From Octopus sinensis (taxonomy: Eukaryota), in the NCBI RefSeq assembly GCF_006345805.1, contig NW_021834598.1, forward strand, positions 1 through 47,082: a stretch of DNA of 47,082 nucleotides. The letters run 5' to 3'. Below, in pieces: positions 34,596-47,082 of the stretch (the stretch's first letter is position 1; every line of letters begins with the position of its first letter). A model generated the notes under the pieces. The model had not been told where the DNA came from, did not search any database, and worked only from the letters and a program-made list of their open reading frames with translations. The translations under genes and the position numbers were made by a program.

Positions 34596-36353
34596 GAACT
34601 TAGAATCTCTACTCAGGTGGCATACTCTTGGGGAAAGTTAATATCTATTTCTTTACTACCCACAAGGGGCTAAACACAGAGCGAGGAAACAAGGACAGAC
34701 AAACAGATTAAGTCGATTACATCGATCCCAGTGTGTAACTGGTACTTAATTTATCGACCCCGAAAGGATGAAAGGCAAAGTTGACCTCGGCGGAATTTGA
34801 ACTCAGAACGTAACGGCAGACGAAATACCGCTAAGCATTTCGCCTGGCGTGCTAACGTTTCTGCCAGGGAAAGTTAATATCAAAAGAGGAATTTTCCAAA
34901 TGGACTCGTTGTCCTTTTTAATATTTGTTTAACGTTTGATACCCGCCTCAGTTTAGTATTAAGGAAGGCAAAGACAAGGTATCAGTTATGAAATAGTAAG
35001 GGAAAAATTAACCATTTGCTCTACATGGATGGTCTGAACCTTTTTAGTGAAAAAGAGATAGATTCCTTTCTACAGACTGTAAAACTCTTCAGCAAAGACA
35101 TAAGAATGGAATTTGGTATAGATAAGTGTGCAATATTAGTCATGAGAAGGAGACAGGTAGACAATAGTGAAGGTATCCAATTACAAGATGACCAGACATT
35201 AAAATCATTGAAAGGAAGAGAGAGTTATAAGTATCTAGGAGTATTAGAATCTGACAGGGTCCTAACTACAGAAATGAAAACGAATATTAAGAAGAGGTAC
35301 ATCAGAAGGGTGAGGAAGCTAATGAAGTCAAAGCTAAATGGTCCGAATCTAATGAAGGCTGTAAATACTCGGGCAATATCATTACTTAGATACTTTGCAG
35401 CTTTTGTAGATTGGAGAAAAAGTGAATTGGCAAAGCTAAACAGAAGAACTAGGAAGGAATTCAGGTGAATGGAGGACTCCACCCAAGGGTAGGAGTAGCA
35501 AGATTATATTTACCTAGAAAGGAAGGCGGAAGAGGGTTAATATCAGTTGAAGACTGCCTGGAGTTAGCTTGAGTAGATATAGACTCCTATGTAGGTAATA
35601 GTGAACAAAGTTTATTAGCAGCTGCTAGAGTCACAGCAAGACATAGGGAAACCACAAACCCAAACGATCTTAAAAACAAGAAAAAAGAAAAGAAATTATT
35701 TGACTGGCATGAGAAGGCGTTGCATAGTAGATTCCCAAAGATAGTTGCAGCTAATAGTAGCAGTGAGACATTGTTATGGTTGCAGAAAGGACAAATGAGA
35801 AAGGAAACAGAACGTTTGTTAGTAGCTGGACAAGATCAAGCATTAAGGACTAATTGAATAAACGCCAAGATAGACAAAGACCAAGAATATTCCCAATGTA
35901 TGTTATGCAAATGAAAAAAGGAAAGCGTTTCTCATAGAAAGAATACAAGACATGACAATCTAGGGAGAGTAATCCACTGGGAGCTATGTAGAAACCTAGG
36001 ATTTGAACACACTGAACATGAACCTAGCAAAGTACTAGAAGGTAAGAAATCTAAGATGTTATGAGACTAACATTCAGACTGACAGAGTAATAGAGGCTAG
36101 AAGGCCTGACTTGGTAGTAGTAAAGAGAATAGAAAGTGCCAGATAATTGACTTTACAGTCCAAAATGAGGAAAGCATTTGTATGAGAAGTATAGAAAATA
36201 ATTGAAAATAACCAGGACCTAGCTATTGAATTACAGAGACTATGGAAAGTGCGTTTAAAATGTATCCCAGTAGTTATAGGTGCATTGGGAACTATACCTA
36301 AAGATCTGAACAAATGGATAGAGGAAATAGGCATAAAACCCAGTATAGAGCAA
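34596..36353 (+). mobile_element. R4/Dong-like pseudogene, interrupted by SINE-A1, lacking its own 3' end
   Basis: TLGKVNIKRGIFQ.DSLS, LYMDGL, MEFGIDKC, YKYLGVLE, RLYLPRKEGGRGL, ARRPDLVVVK, IPVVIGALGTI. Confidence 0.9.
34646..34866 (-). mobile_element. SINE-A1 monomer with 15-bp TSD
   Basis: GGGAAAGTTAATATC at 34631-34645 and 34867-34881. Confidence 0.92.
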
Positions 36354-37025
36354 GTGCCTCCGCTAAACCGCATCTACAATAGTGTCGATGAAACCATTGT
36401 CCACATCACGAACAAATGCCCTACACGTGTCCCAAACCATTACAAGTTGTGGCGACACGATCAGGTAGTGAAAGTGCTACATTGGAAACTATGCGAAAAG
36501 TGGGGACTAGAGAGAGGCAAGACCTGCTTTGAGCACAAACCACAGGGAGTGGCAGAGTCGGAGACTATCAGAATACTCTGGAATTTCCTAATCCAAACAG
36601 ATCAGGTGTTAGAGCATAACAGATCGGACCTGGTGGTGATGGACAAGATGCACAACATATGCTATATAGTTGATGTTGCATGCCCCTTTGACCCAAGAAT
36701 AGTCAAGAAGAAAGGTGAAAAGATAGATAGATATAACCCACTTAAGTATGAAATAGCCTGGCTATAGAAAATGAAGAAGGTGAAGATAGTGCCAAGTATT
36801 GTTGGGTCGTTGGAGACAGTATCAGAAAGCATCAAGATGAATACGAAAGCAATTGGAATAGAGTGCTCAGCAGAACTGTTATAAAAGGTTTGCCTTCTTG
36901 GCAAGGCCAGAATAATCAGGAAAGTATTAGATAGCTGAAATGAACGAATAGCATGGTACCGTAGGCTGCAGGTAGTAAGCCTGCTTTGCATGCAAGACTC
37001 TATGAATTCCAACAAAATCTGTGAT
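36354..37025 (+). mobile_element. Second R4/Dong-like 3' part (CCHC remnant to 3' UTR)
   Basis: ETIVHITNKC, RHDQVVKVLHWKLC, ILWNFLIQTD, HNRSDLVV, IVDVACPFD, KYEIA, VPSIVGSL. Confidence 0.88.
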
Positions 37026-37051
37026 AAAAAGAAAAAAGAAAAATATATAAT

Positions 37052-37265
37052 GGTCTCAAATTTTGCCAAAATGTCACAATTTTGGCGGAGGTGACTAGTC
37101 GATTACACTGACCCCTGTGTTCAACTGGTACTTAATTTATCGACCTCGAATGGATGAGAGGCAAAGTTCACCTTGGCGGAATTTGAACTGAGAACGTAGC
37201 GACGGGAGAAATAGAGTTATGCATTTCGTCCAGCGTGCTAACGATTCTGCTAGCGCACCGTCTTA
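37052..37265 (-). mobile_element. SINE-A, tail type 2
   Basis: Reverse-complement body and head. Confidence 0.75.
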
Positions 37266-37286
37266 AATGGAAATATTAATAATAAT

Positions 37287-38037
37287 GGTTTCAAATTTTG
37301 CCACAAGGGCGGCCATTTTGGGGTAGGGGATGAGTCGATTACATCGACTCCATTGTCTCACTGGTACTTAATTTGTCGACCCCGAAAGGATGAAAGGCAA
37401 AGTCGACATCGGCATAAGTTAAACTCAGAACGTAGCGACGGGTGAAAAACCTATTTCTTTACTATGCACAAGGGGTTAAACACAGAGGGGACAAACAAGG
37501 ACAGACAAACGGATTAAGTCGATTATATCGACCCCATTGCGTAACTGGTAATTATTTAATCGACCCCGAAAGGATGAAAGGCAAAGTCGACCTCGTCGGA
37601 ATTTGAACTCAGAACGTAGCGGCAGACGAAATACCTATTTCTTTACTACCCACGAGGGGCTAAACACATAGGGGACGAACAAGGACAGACAAACGGATTA
37701 AATCGATTGCATCGACCCCAGTGCGTAACTGGTACTTATTTAATCGACCCCGAAAAGATGAAAGGCAAATTTGAACTTAGAACGTAGGGGCAGACGAAAT
37801 ACCTATTTCTTTATTACCCACAAGGGACTAAACATACAGTGGACAAACAAGGACGGACATAGGTATTAAGTCGATTACATCGACCCCCAGTGCGTAACTG
37901 GTCCTTAATTTATCGACCCCGAAAGGATGAAAGGCAAAGTCGACCTCGGCGGAATTTGAACTCAGAACGTAATGGCAGACGAAATACGGCTACGCATTTC
38001 GCCCGGCGTGCTAACGCTTCTAACAGCTCACCGCCTT
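37287..38037 (-). mobile_element. Four-unit SINE-A array (three A1 tails, one type-2 tail)
   Basis: Junctions at 37803|04, 37635|36, 37451|52; only the 5'-most unit has the full head. Confidence 0.9.
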
Positions 38038-38059
38038 AATAACACAACAACAACAACAG

Positions 38060-38262
38060 CAAATTTTGGCACAGGGCCAGCGATTTTGAGGGAGTGGGTA
38101 AATTGATAAAATCGACCACCTGTGCTCAACAGCTAGTTATTTTATCGATCCCAAAAAATGAAAAGCAAAGTCAACTTCGGCGAAATCTTAATTCACAACG
38201 TAATAAATCGGAAGAAACGCCGCTCAACATTTTGTCCGATATGCTAATGATTCTGTCAGCGG
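38060..38262 (-). mobile_element. Diverged SINE-A
   Basis: CAAATTTTGGCACAGGGCC tail; AAAGCAAAGTCAACTTCGGCGAAAT body. Confidence 0.6.
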
Positions 38263-38609
38263 GTTAATAATAATGAGAAGAAGAATCAGAAGACTAATCA
38301 AAATAATACCAGTATGCACCCACGCGAACAATACTGAGTCAGAGTTTAACAAGACATGGGTTGACGAAGTTAGTTATCATGGTTACAAAGAGGTAAAGAT
38401 ACAGTTTATTTAGAAATATTCTATACAGACGAAATAATGGTAATTCAAGATTATTGAAAAGGTTGCAAGACGCAACGAAAGTTTTAGGAAAATAAAAATA
38501 AGAAATAAGTGGAAATTTTACTTGTGTGTATGTTAAATTATAAGGCACAAAAAGAAAATGGCTCTCCCCAGACACAACAGAATGGTAATGATATGATATA
38601 TAGATACAC

Positions 38610-38726
38610 ACATACATACGTAGACACACACACCATACAACACACTCATACACACATACACACACACGTGCATATTTACATGTGTTCTGAGTGTCTGTAT
38701 GTGTGTGCACATGCATATATATATAT

Positions 38727-38825
<99 letters not shown>

Positions 38826-38881
38826 ATATATAGATATATATATATATTATATATATATATATATCTATATATATATATATA

Positions 38882-38928
<47 letters not shown>

Positions 38929-39120
38929 TATATATATATAATATATGTATATATATATGTATAAATACATGGATTCATGTGTACATAATCCCCATCCACA
39001 CACACAAATTCACGAACACACACATATACACAGAAATACACGGACACACATACACATGTTTACTTGTGTTCTGATTGTGCGTGTATGTACGCGTGTGTGT
39101 ATGTGTAATGCATATATACA

Positions 39121-39153
<33 letters not shown>

Positions 39154-39400
39154 ATCTATCTATCTATATATCTATCTATCTATCTATCTATTTATCTATC
39201 TATCTATCTGTATATATATACATACACACACACACGCACACACATATATATATATATATATACACATACATACATATATATATATATAATAACAATATAA
39301 TAAATAAAACATATGCATACATACGTACATACATATATGTACATACCTACATCTATATGTATGTATATATACATGCATATATGAGTACAGAACACCACAA
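38610..39400. repeat. (CA)/(TA)/(TATC)/(TACA) block
   Basis: Visible runs. Confidence 0.95.
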
Positions 39401-40277
39401 ATAAACGTAGAACACAAGGAGAAACGAAAACATAAAACCAAACAAGGAAACGGACTTTTTTTAACAACGAAAAAAACAGAGTATAAGACATACAACACAA
39501 GGAACATTCCCCTTCTTCAGCTGCCCCTGTTTCGACTCAATGCGTGTTTCGAAGGTAAGGGCAGAACACGATTCGGCCGAAGCAATCCTTCCCGCAAAAT
39601 GAAATTAAATAAAATATTTTTGCGGAGGAGTAAAAAAAGGGAAAAGAACAGGACGTAAAAGCAATACAAATGAAGAAAGAAAACAGTACAAATAAAGAAT
39701 AAAAACAGTAAAAGATAGGACAAGGAAACCAACAATAAGGGCTTTTTTTAAGCCTAGACGATGGAAAAATTCGTTAGAACGAATTCTGAAGATCGGCTTG
39801 CGGAAGACAGAAGAAAGCCGATGTTGACTTGTTGAAGGAACAGTGGGCAGAAAGAAAGTTAGGAGCCCTCCGGTCAGCGGCCAGAGAGAGGAGGAGGAGT
39901 GAGAGAGAGAGAGAGGAGGAGGAGGAGGAGTGAGAGAGAGAGGAAAAGAAACCAGAAAGGGTGAAAAATAAAAAGGAGAGAGACAGGTAGAGAGGAAGAC
40001 AGACAGGCAGGGAGGAAAGGTCAAGTAAAGAGTTAAGAGTGCGCGTCATAATTATTGAAAAAAACTTACTTGGAAGAAGAAAAACAACGCGTGCGTTCGA
40101 TCATAAAATAACAATATAATAAATAAAACATATGCATACATACATACATATATGTACATACCTACATCTATATGTATATATATATATATGCATGTATGAG
40201 TACAGGACACCACAAATAAACGTAGAACACAACGAGAAACGAAAACATAAAACCAAACAAGGAAACGGACTTTTTTT
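39288..40277. repeat. ~170-bp direct repeat pair (39288-39462, 40107-40277) around a 644-bp spacer
   Basis: AATAACAATATAATAAATAAAACATATGC...AAACCAAACAAGGAAACGGACTTTTTTT in both, few differences. Confidence 0.85.
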
Positions 40278-40841
40278 ATGGTTGCATATGTTCATAAACA
40301 TCCGCACACAAACTTACAGTTTATTCGTTTGTACAGACAATCTTTCGAAGCGTCAAGGGTGCGGCCGCCGTACAACTAACAACTGAAAACAAACCTTAGT
40401 TCTAGACTGCAGATCCTCCAAATAGCTTCTCTTATTCATTAAGTTGCATCGCTAAAGGTTACATCTCCGCTTATAGTTCAGAAGCCATTTGCAAAGCACT
40501 ATCAAATATTTGTTTGCATCTTCGCATACACACACATGCGCGCGCGCGCACACACACACCACACACACACAGACACACACTCACACACACACAGAGGCAT
40601 GTACACACGCGAGCGCGCGCACACACTCACACACACAAGAAAGCACGCACACACACATACACAAATTCGTGTTTGATCGTATCTCACTCTTTACATACAT
40701 ACATATATACATACATACATACACACACACATACACACACATATATATATATATATACTACATACATACATACATACATACATGTATACATATATACAAA
40801 CACATACACAGATAGATAGGTAGATAGGTAGACGTCCATGT

Positions 40842-41190
40842 CTACACGTTGCAGATCCCTGATGTTCTGTGGTAGGGCATTAAAAAGTTGTGGTCTCTTA
40901 TAATATTGGGTTCACATCCTCAATGGAGAAGATGGGAACTTTGCTACTGTGCAGTGCCGTCCAGTTCGGAGATTGTTGTAAGTCTCGATTCCGAAATTTG
41001 GAGTTAGACCCTCCATTATTTTCCATATGTATGGCACTGCATATCTCTCACGCCTCCTCTCCAGGGAGTAGGGTCCCAGTTCCTTCAACCACTCCCAGTA
41101 GCCCATATGTATTACTGAGTCTACGTTCTTTGTTTAGTGGCGCTGGATCGCCTCTAGTCCCGCAATTAGTTTTACAATATGTGGGGTTCA
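40842..41190 (-). mobile_element. CR1-like LINE fragment
   Basis: YSLERRRERY, WKIMEGLTPNFGI, PQLFNALP. Confidence 0.8.
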
Positions 41191-41249
41191 CAACAGTATA
41201 TGATCAAAAGCATTTATATTTATACGTAAACACGTAGACACACACATCG

Positions 41250-41307
41250 CACATTATCATATATATATATATATTATATACGCATATATGTGTATAAAGA
41301 TGTATGC

Positions 41308-41384
<77 letters not shown>

Positions 41385-41554
41385 ATGTCCCTTTCTGTAG
41401 AAGAGCGTAGAAGACTTTTTCTATTACTGAACGTTATACTTATACATCTGTTTGTTTTGTACACCACCTGTCCTCGTCTTTTGTTTCTTCGTAAACTCTC
41501 CCTATATATGTATGTATATATGTATAAATGTACGTATATATATAAATGTATATA

Positions 41555-41592
<38 letters not shown>

Positions 41593-41728
41593 ATACAAAC
41601 ACACGCACAAACACATAATAACACATGCAAACACATTTATGTGAGCGAGTATCTGTAAGACATGCATATTCCATAGTGTACAACACAATTAGTATTACCA
41701 ACTAATACATATTCATATAAATTAAAAT

Positions 41729-41769
<41 letters not shown>

Positions 41770-41773
41770 GTGT

Positions 41774-41819
<46 letters not shown>

Positions 41820-41979
41820 TTTATATATATATGTATGTCTGTATACATGTATTGTTATGCAACTATTTCCTATTTATGATTCTACTTTTACGCTGCTTTA
41901 TTTAGCTGGAAAATAAGATTATTGAAGTGCAATAATATTTATAATTTTTGTATAGGAACTTTCACTGATCTCGGTCCTT

Positions 41980-42067
<88 letters not shown>

Positions 42068-42194
42068 TATATATATATCGACATATATATATATATATTG
42101 ACATATACATATGTATACAAAGAAATATGTACCTATATACTTATATAATTCTGTATGCGCGCATGAGTGTGTATACATATGTGTGTAAATATAT

Positions 42195-42238
<44 letters not shown>

Positions 42239-42357
42239 ACACACACACAAACAAACACTCTCTCACACACATAGACACACACAGACATGCTCTCACCAGA
42301 CGTACATACAACGTATATATATTTCCTTTTCGGTTTTATATTGCGTATAGCCGCCTC

Positions 42358-42420
<63 letters not shown>

Positions 42421-42458
42421 CATCATCATCATCATCATTATTATTATTATTATTATTA

Positions 42459-42490
<32 letters not shown>

Positions 42491-42559
42491 CATCATCATC
42501 ATTATTATTATTATTATTATTAGTTTTATTATTATTATTAATTATTATTTTTATTATCA

Positions 42560-42606
<47 letters not shown>

Positions 42607-43012
42607 GTTATTATTATTATATACACACACATACATACATACGTACATGGTCTTATGTAAGCATGTATGTATGTACGTACGTATGTATCTATGTATGCAT
42701 GTATGTATGTATGTATGTATGTATGTATGTATGTATGTATGTATGTATGTGTGAATGTAGGTATGGAGATGTGTGTGTATCTGTACGTGTATCACATATC
42801 TCTAACTACAATAGAACACTGAAATTCTGTTCTCTTGCTGATAAAGGGTTTAAGAAGAAAATTTAATAGATGGCAACTTAACGCCAAAAGCGAAAAGATT
42901 GATTTCTGAAATCCAATGGAATTGTCTTGGCAGCATCTAAGGGATAATTTTGACACCCAATATCTCCATATCTCCATATATCCATCCTTCTATCTATCTA
43001 TCTATCTATCTC

Positions 43013-43079
<67 letters not shown>

Positions 43080-43080
43080 G

Positions 43081-43118
<38 letters not shown>

Positions 43119-43590
43119 ACTAGTTCTTTCTTCGTCACTGTTTCTTATTCCATTGCTCATTCTCTCCACACTTTCTCTCTCTGTCTCACCCACTCTCTCT
43201 TTCTCTCTCTGGATATATGTATACTGTACACACACGCACACACAAATGTATGTATGTATGTGTGTGTATATGTATGTATGTTTGTATGTATGTATGTATG
43301 TATGTATGTATGATGTATCTATCTATCTATCGATATACATATATTATTTGTATGTACATATATATGTCTTTGTATGTATATACACTTATTTATAGGCGTG
43401 TTCGTATTTATGCACGAGTTAGTGCATATGTGCATATGTATGCATGTATGTATGTATGAATATATATATGCATATATATATACATATACATATAATATGT
43501 ATATCTATATACATATACATACATACACACACATGCACACACACATACATACACGCATGCATAAACACACTTACATACATACACACACAC
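41250..43590. repeat. Series of (TA),(CA),(TAT),(TATG),(TATC) blocks
   Basis: Visible runs with short unique spacers. Confidence 0.9.
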
Positions 43591-43989
43591 GTCACATATT
43601 GAACGCTGCTATCGACATATCACTCACATCTTGATCTATCATCCGAAATCAGTATATCATACATTACGCCGCCCGCCTTTTGCATTAGCCAAAAGTCATG
43701 CGACTTATTCCTGATTCTGTCTAATGATATTCAATAATAACCTTTGACCAGATTTTCCTCCCTACACAACACCCAGCAACGACTTTTAGACAGTAACGAA
43801 GCATGCCACATTTCGACACGTATTTCCTGCTATAGAGCAAGTGCTGCTCAATATCTTGAAAATCAGGAGAAGCATTTTGGACAAATTCCATCATGGCGGA
43901 AAAAACAAATCCAATTTGATGAATGTCCATCAAATGTTTTATGGACATTCTACGCTTCCTAAACTGTTTCTGTGTTCGTTATTAAGTAA

Positions 43990-44187
43990 TAAATGATAAA
44001 TGATATATATATATATATGTTTATGAATGCATGTATGTATATATATGCATCTACACACACACACATATATATATATATGTATACATCTTTATACACACGT
44101 ATGCGTATATAATTATATCTATATATATATATATATATATATATATGTAATTCATATATACATATATATATATATACATATATATAT

Positions 44188-44232
<45 letters not shown>

Positions 44233-44340
44233 TACGTATATATTATATATAACACACACACCACACACATATATATATCTGTATATATGTATGCATATAT
44301 TTGCGTGAGAGAGATAGAGAGCGAGAGAGAAAGAGAGAAG
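43990..44340. repeat. (TA)/(CA)/(GA) block
   Basis: Visible runs. Confidence 0.95.
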
Positions 44341-44382
44341 GTGTTCGGGCTAAATTTGACGATTTTTTCGTCTTTTATTTAT

Positions 44383-46007
44383 CAGGAACAGCTTGATGAA
44401 ATGAATCTATTAGAAAAAGAAGCAACCATCGATTACATCAACATAACAGAAGAGGATGTAATATTGTTCATTGATGTAATGAGATCAAACTTAGTATCGG
44501 CTCCAGATAGACTCCTGGCTGTTCGTTTAAAGACATGTAAAAAGTCTCTTGCAAAGCCACTGCAGATACTCTTTCAGTTGCATGTGGTAAACTTCCTAAC
44601 ATGATAAAAGAGGGGGCAATATGCCCTGTTCATAAAGGAGGGAGCAGAGCAGATGCTAAAAACTACAGGCCCATCTCTCTGACTTCATATTTTAGAAGAA
44701 AACAACCTTCTCACAAACACGCAACATGGCTTCCGTCCAGGGAGGAGCTGCTTCACCCAACTGTTGTATCCCTTTAACTGGATACTGAAACGTCTGTAGG
44801 CGTGATTTACCTCGACTTTGCCAAGGCCTTCGACAAGATTCATCATGGCATGATATGTCACAAGCTGCGAAACCTTGGTGTTACTGGGAAACTGGGAGTG
44901 TGGCTGCAGGAATTTCTGAAAGGCAGGAATCAGACAGCTGTAGCCAATTGTGCTCACTCTGAAGAGACACCTATTCTCAGCGGAGTTCCACAGGAAACTG
45001 TACTGGGGCTATTTCTATTCGTGATGGCCCTCTCTGCCGTACAGCCAACCAATCTGACCAGTTATGCTGACGATACAAAAGTATCGCAGGCAGTTTGGAA
45101 CCCAGAGGAGATCATAAAACTGCAGAAAGACATGAATGAAATCTACAAATGGGCTAACAAAAATAGCATACAGTTCAATGCTATGAAATATCAGGCACTC
45201 CACTATCGGTCCGACACCAGGATAAAATCGGAATACACTGGACCAGAAGGTAATACGATCCTAGAGTCAGAGTCAGTGCGTGACCTGGGGTTCACATGAG
45301 CAATGATGCAACATTCCATGTGCATATTCCCAATATGGCAACACTGTGCAGGCGAGTGGGCTGGCTGGATTCTGAGGACATTCAGAACCAGGTAAAGGAG
45401 TTTTGTTACTCCTAGGGAGGACTTTCGTTCTCAGCCGCTTGGACTACTGCGCCTAACTATGGTCTCCAGAGAGTGTGAAACAAACTGTGGAATTCAAAGC
45501 AATCCAGCGCCAGTACACAAAGAAGATTGATTTGATGCAAAAGATGGGCTACATGGAGAGCTAAAGGAGCTGGGTCTCTATTCCCTGGAGAGAAGACGAG
45601 AGAAATATGTGGTGATATATATTTGGAAGGTCTTGGAGGGTTTAGCTCCCACTTTTGGAATTGACAGCTATACCAATCCTTGAACTGGACGGTACTGCAT
45701 CATACCAAATATCCCGTCTTCCCCATCTAGAATAAGGACACAGTACTGCAATAGTCTGGGTTTCAAGGGACCGCAATTGTTCAACACCCTGCCAGGCAAC
45801 CTTAGATATTTAGATGGTGTTGATGTGGAAGGACCGTCTGGACAGGTTTCTGTCTGAGATACCAGATGAACCAACATCACGACAGGAAACACAAAGAAGA
45901 GCAGCTCCGTCCAACTCGCTACTTCGCCAAAAGCAATACCGGAAGCAAAACCGAGTAACTACAGGTGGTGCGCCAGCTTGACCTCAGCCGTGGGAATGAA
46001 ACCAGTA

Positions 46008-46008
<1 letters not shown>
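44383..46008 (+). mobile_element. CR1-like LINE pseudogene (RT domain to 3' end)
   Basis: KNYRPISLTS, QHGFRPGRSC, YLDFAKAFD, SGVPQ, YADDTKV, SLERR, PQLFNTLP; frameshifts and stops. Confidence 0.92.

Positions 46009-46010
<2 letters not shown>

Positions 46011-46072
<62 letters not shown>
46011..46072. repeat. Pure (TA)n between CR1 3' end and Penelope-like 3' end
   Basis: Visible run. Confidence 0.95.
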
Positions 46073-46075
<3 letters not shown>

Positions 46076-46084
46076 ATATATTGT

Positions 46085-46900
46085 ATAAAGGATCGTGGAT
46101 AAGGCCAAAACAATGCGAAGTTAGTAAATTGTAAATCACAAGAAAAGAAATATATGAATTAATGTAGACTTATATTCAATATTTCAGGGTTATGACCCTA
46201 TTTTCAAGAAAATAAATGTTGCGATGTGCGTGTGTGTGAGCGTGTATGGAATGGACATGCGCAGAAAGGTGTTGCTATAGCAACCAATTAGTTTCCTGTA
46301 ACTCACTTCTGTTGTTGATCTTAGGTTTCTTTTGGTGTATAAGGAAGGCCTCAGAGATTCTAAGGTTGCCCCTGTTCCGCTGTATTGCCTTGATGTGCAC
46401 TGTGAATTCCCGGGTCTGGCATTTCCGCAGATGTTTCTTCGCAGAAGTGTCTGCTGCACGTGTTCCTTAATGCGTACGTGCAGCTTTCTTGTCGTGCTTC
46501 CTATGTAGGATGTGCCACATTTTGTCACAGATGATATCATATAAACATGGGCCATCTGGCACCATTCATGGCATTGATGAGGCAGTTCGATAATGTGCAC
46601 GGTTCGGAGTAGTGAGAGGTGTTGTTCGTCAACAGAGCTTTTCTCAGGGAAGGACGGTGTGTGCACTATTTGTATGTCGAGTCTTCCCTGCGGACTGCAT
46701 GTTGTATCACTGCAGTAGTTCTGTTGTCAAAGAGTGGCAGCTTTAGGAAGCACGTGCCGGACTTGGGAGTATGATGGTTCTTCCAGGGTTTACTGACTTT
46801 GATGTTCATCAGGCGCCGTTGTTTAGCTAAAGATGGTGGGTGGCCATTCAGGGTTAGATCTCTGAGGAACTGATGGTGTTGATGTGCTTTGTCGGTCACG
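46085..46900 (-). mobile_element. Penelope-like element remnant (RT C-terminus, GIY-YIG endonuclease, 3' repeat region)
   Basis: LNGHP and LKLP motifs, then VYMI..KCGTSYIGSTTRKLHVRIKEH (GIY-YIG-type). Confidence 0.8.
46175..46208 (-). ncRNA. Decayed hammerhead-like motif in Penelope-like 3' region
   Basis: Minus strand TTGAAAA-T-AGGGT(CATA)ACCCT-GAAA: perfect stem II, two core substitutions, stem III unclear. Confidence 0.35.
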
Positions 46901-47082
46901 TTGCTGCAATTATTTATTTATACGTTCAATCTCGTTTTCACGTATGTGGGTTTGGCTCTGGTGGGTAAGACCTGATTGGTAAGGCTTTTCTGTATTGTAA
47001 TATATACCCAACCATTTTCGTTCATCAGCATGGGAAACGCGCGTACTGGGTAACCAGATATGGATTGATTTTCGTTATTTTT

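Noticed and set aside
34568-34627. GTGTGCC-TGATGA...CTCA-GGT-GGCATAC as C/D snoRNA, SECIS or hammerhead
   Set aside because: Box D is CTCA not CTGA, no GAAA core, and the 3' half overlaps R4 coding remnant.
37287-38037. SINE arrays as CRISPR-like or satellite arrays
   Set aside because: Units are ~180-bp SINE bodies with no unique spacers, no cas genes, eukaryotic context.
37287-38037. Rolling-circle copying of a circular SINE RNA as the source of arrays
   Set aside because: Arrays keep a full head on the first unit, units carry different tails, and the 23649 copy has a conventional TSD.
39500-39600. Minus-strand CGAAAC/CTGAAGA as type II hammerhead
   Set aside because: Stems I and III do not form in that order.
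43630-43970. Very decayed mariner-like transposase
   Set aside because: Only vague resemblance (GEAFWTN vs GEAFLDR), no TIRs; not supportable without a profile search.
47005-47040. Minus-strand CTGATGAACGAAA as hammerhead
   Set aside because: Stem II absent; at most a deleted remnant, and the window ends nearby.

Overview
47 kb of AT-rich, repeat-saturated eukaryotic non-coding DNA. The repeat families look to me like an octopus/cephalopod genome (recognition from memory, not a search). I find no supportable host gene, rRNA, true tRNA or CRISPR; nearly all supplied ORFs are microsatellite translations or TE pseudogene fragments. Content: long (TA)/(CA)/(TATC)/(TAA)/(GAA)/(GAT) blocks; several tRNA-headed SINE families (labelled A-D here for convenience); R4/Dong-like, CR1-like and RTE-like LINE remnants; a Penelope-like (GIY-YIG) remnant; mariner, maT (DD37D), hAT, Tigger-like and piggyBac-like DNA transposon remnants. 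Most notable: (1) one SINE subfamily (A1) appears to insert at a fixed site inside its own tRNA-derived head, shown by a clean 12-bp TSD, which would build polarised head-to-tail arrays; (2) a near-intact type I hammerhead ribozyme in a ~200-bp non-coding element present as an inverted pair split by a maT transposon, plus two more hammerhead-like motifs; (3) an exact 39-bp piece of mariner transposase captured inside a SINE 6.9 kb from a mariner copy. Boundaries without TSD/TIR support are approximate (about +/-10-20 bp).
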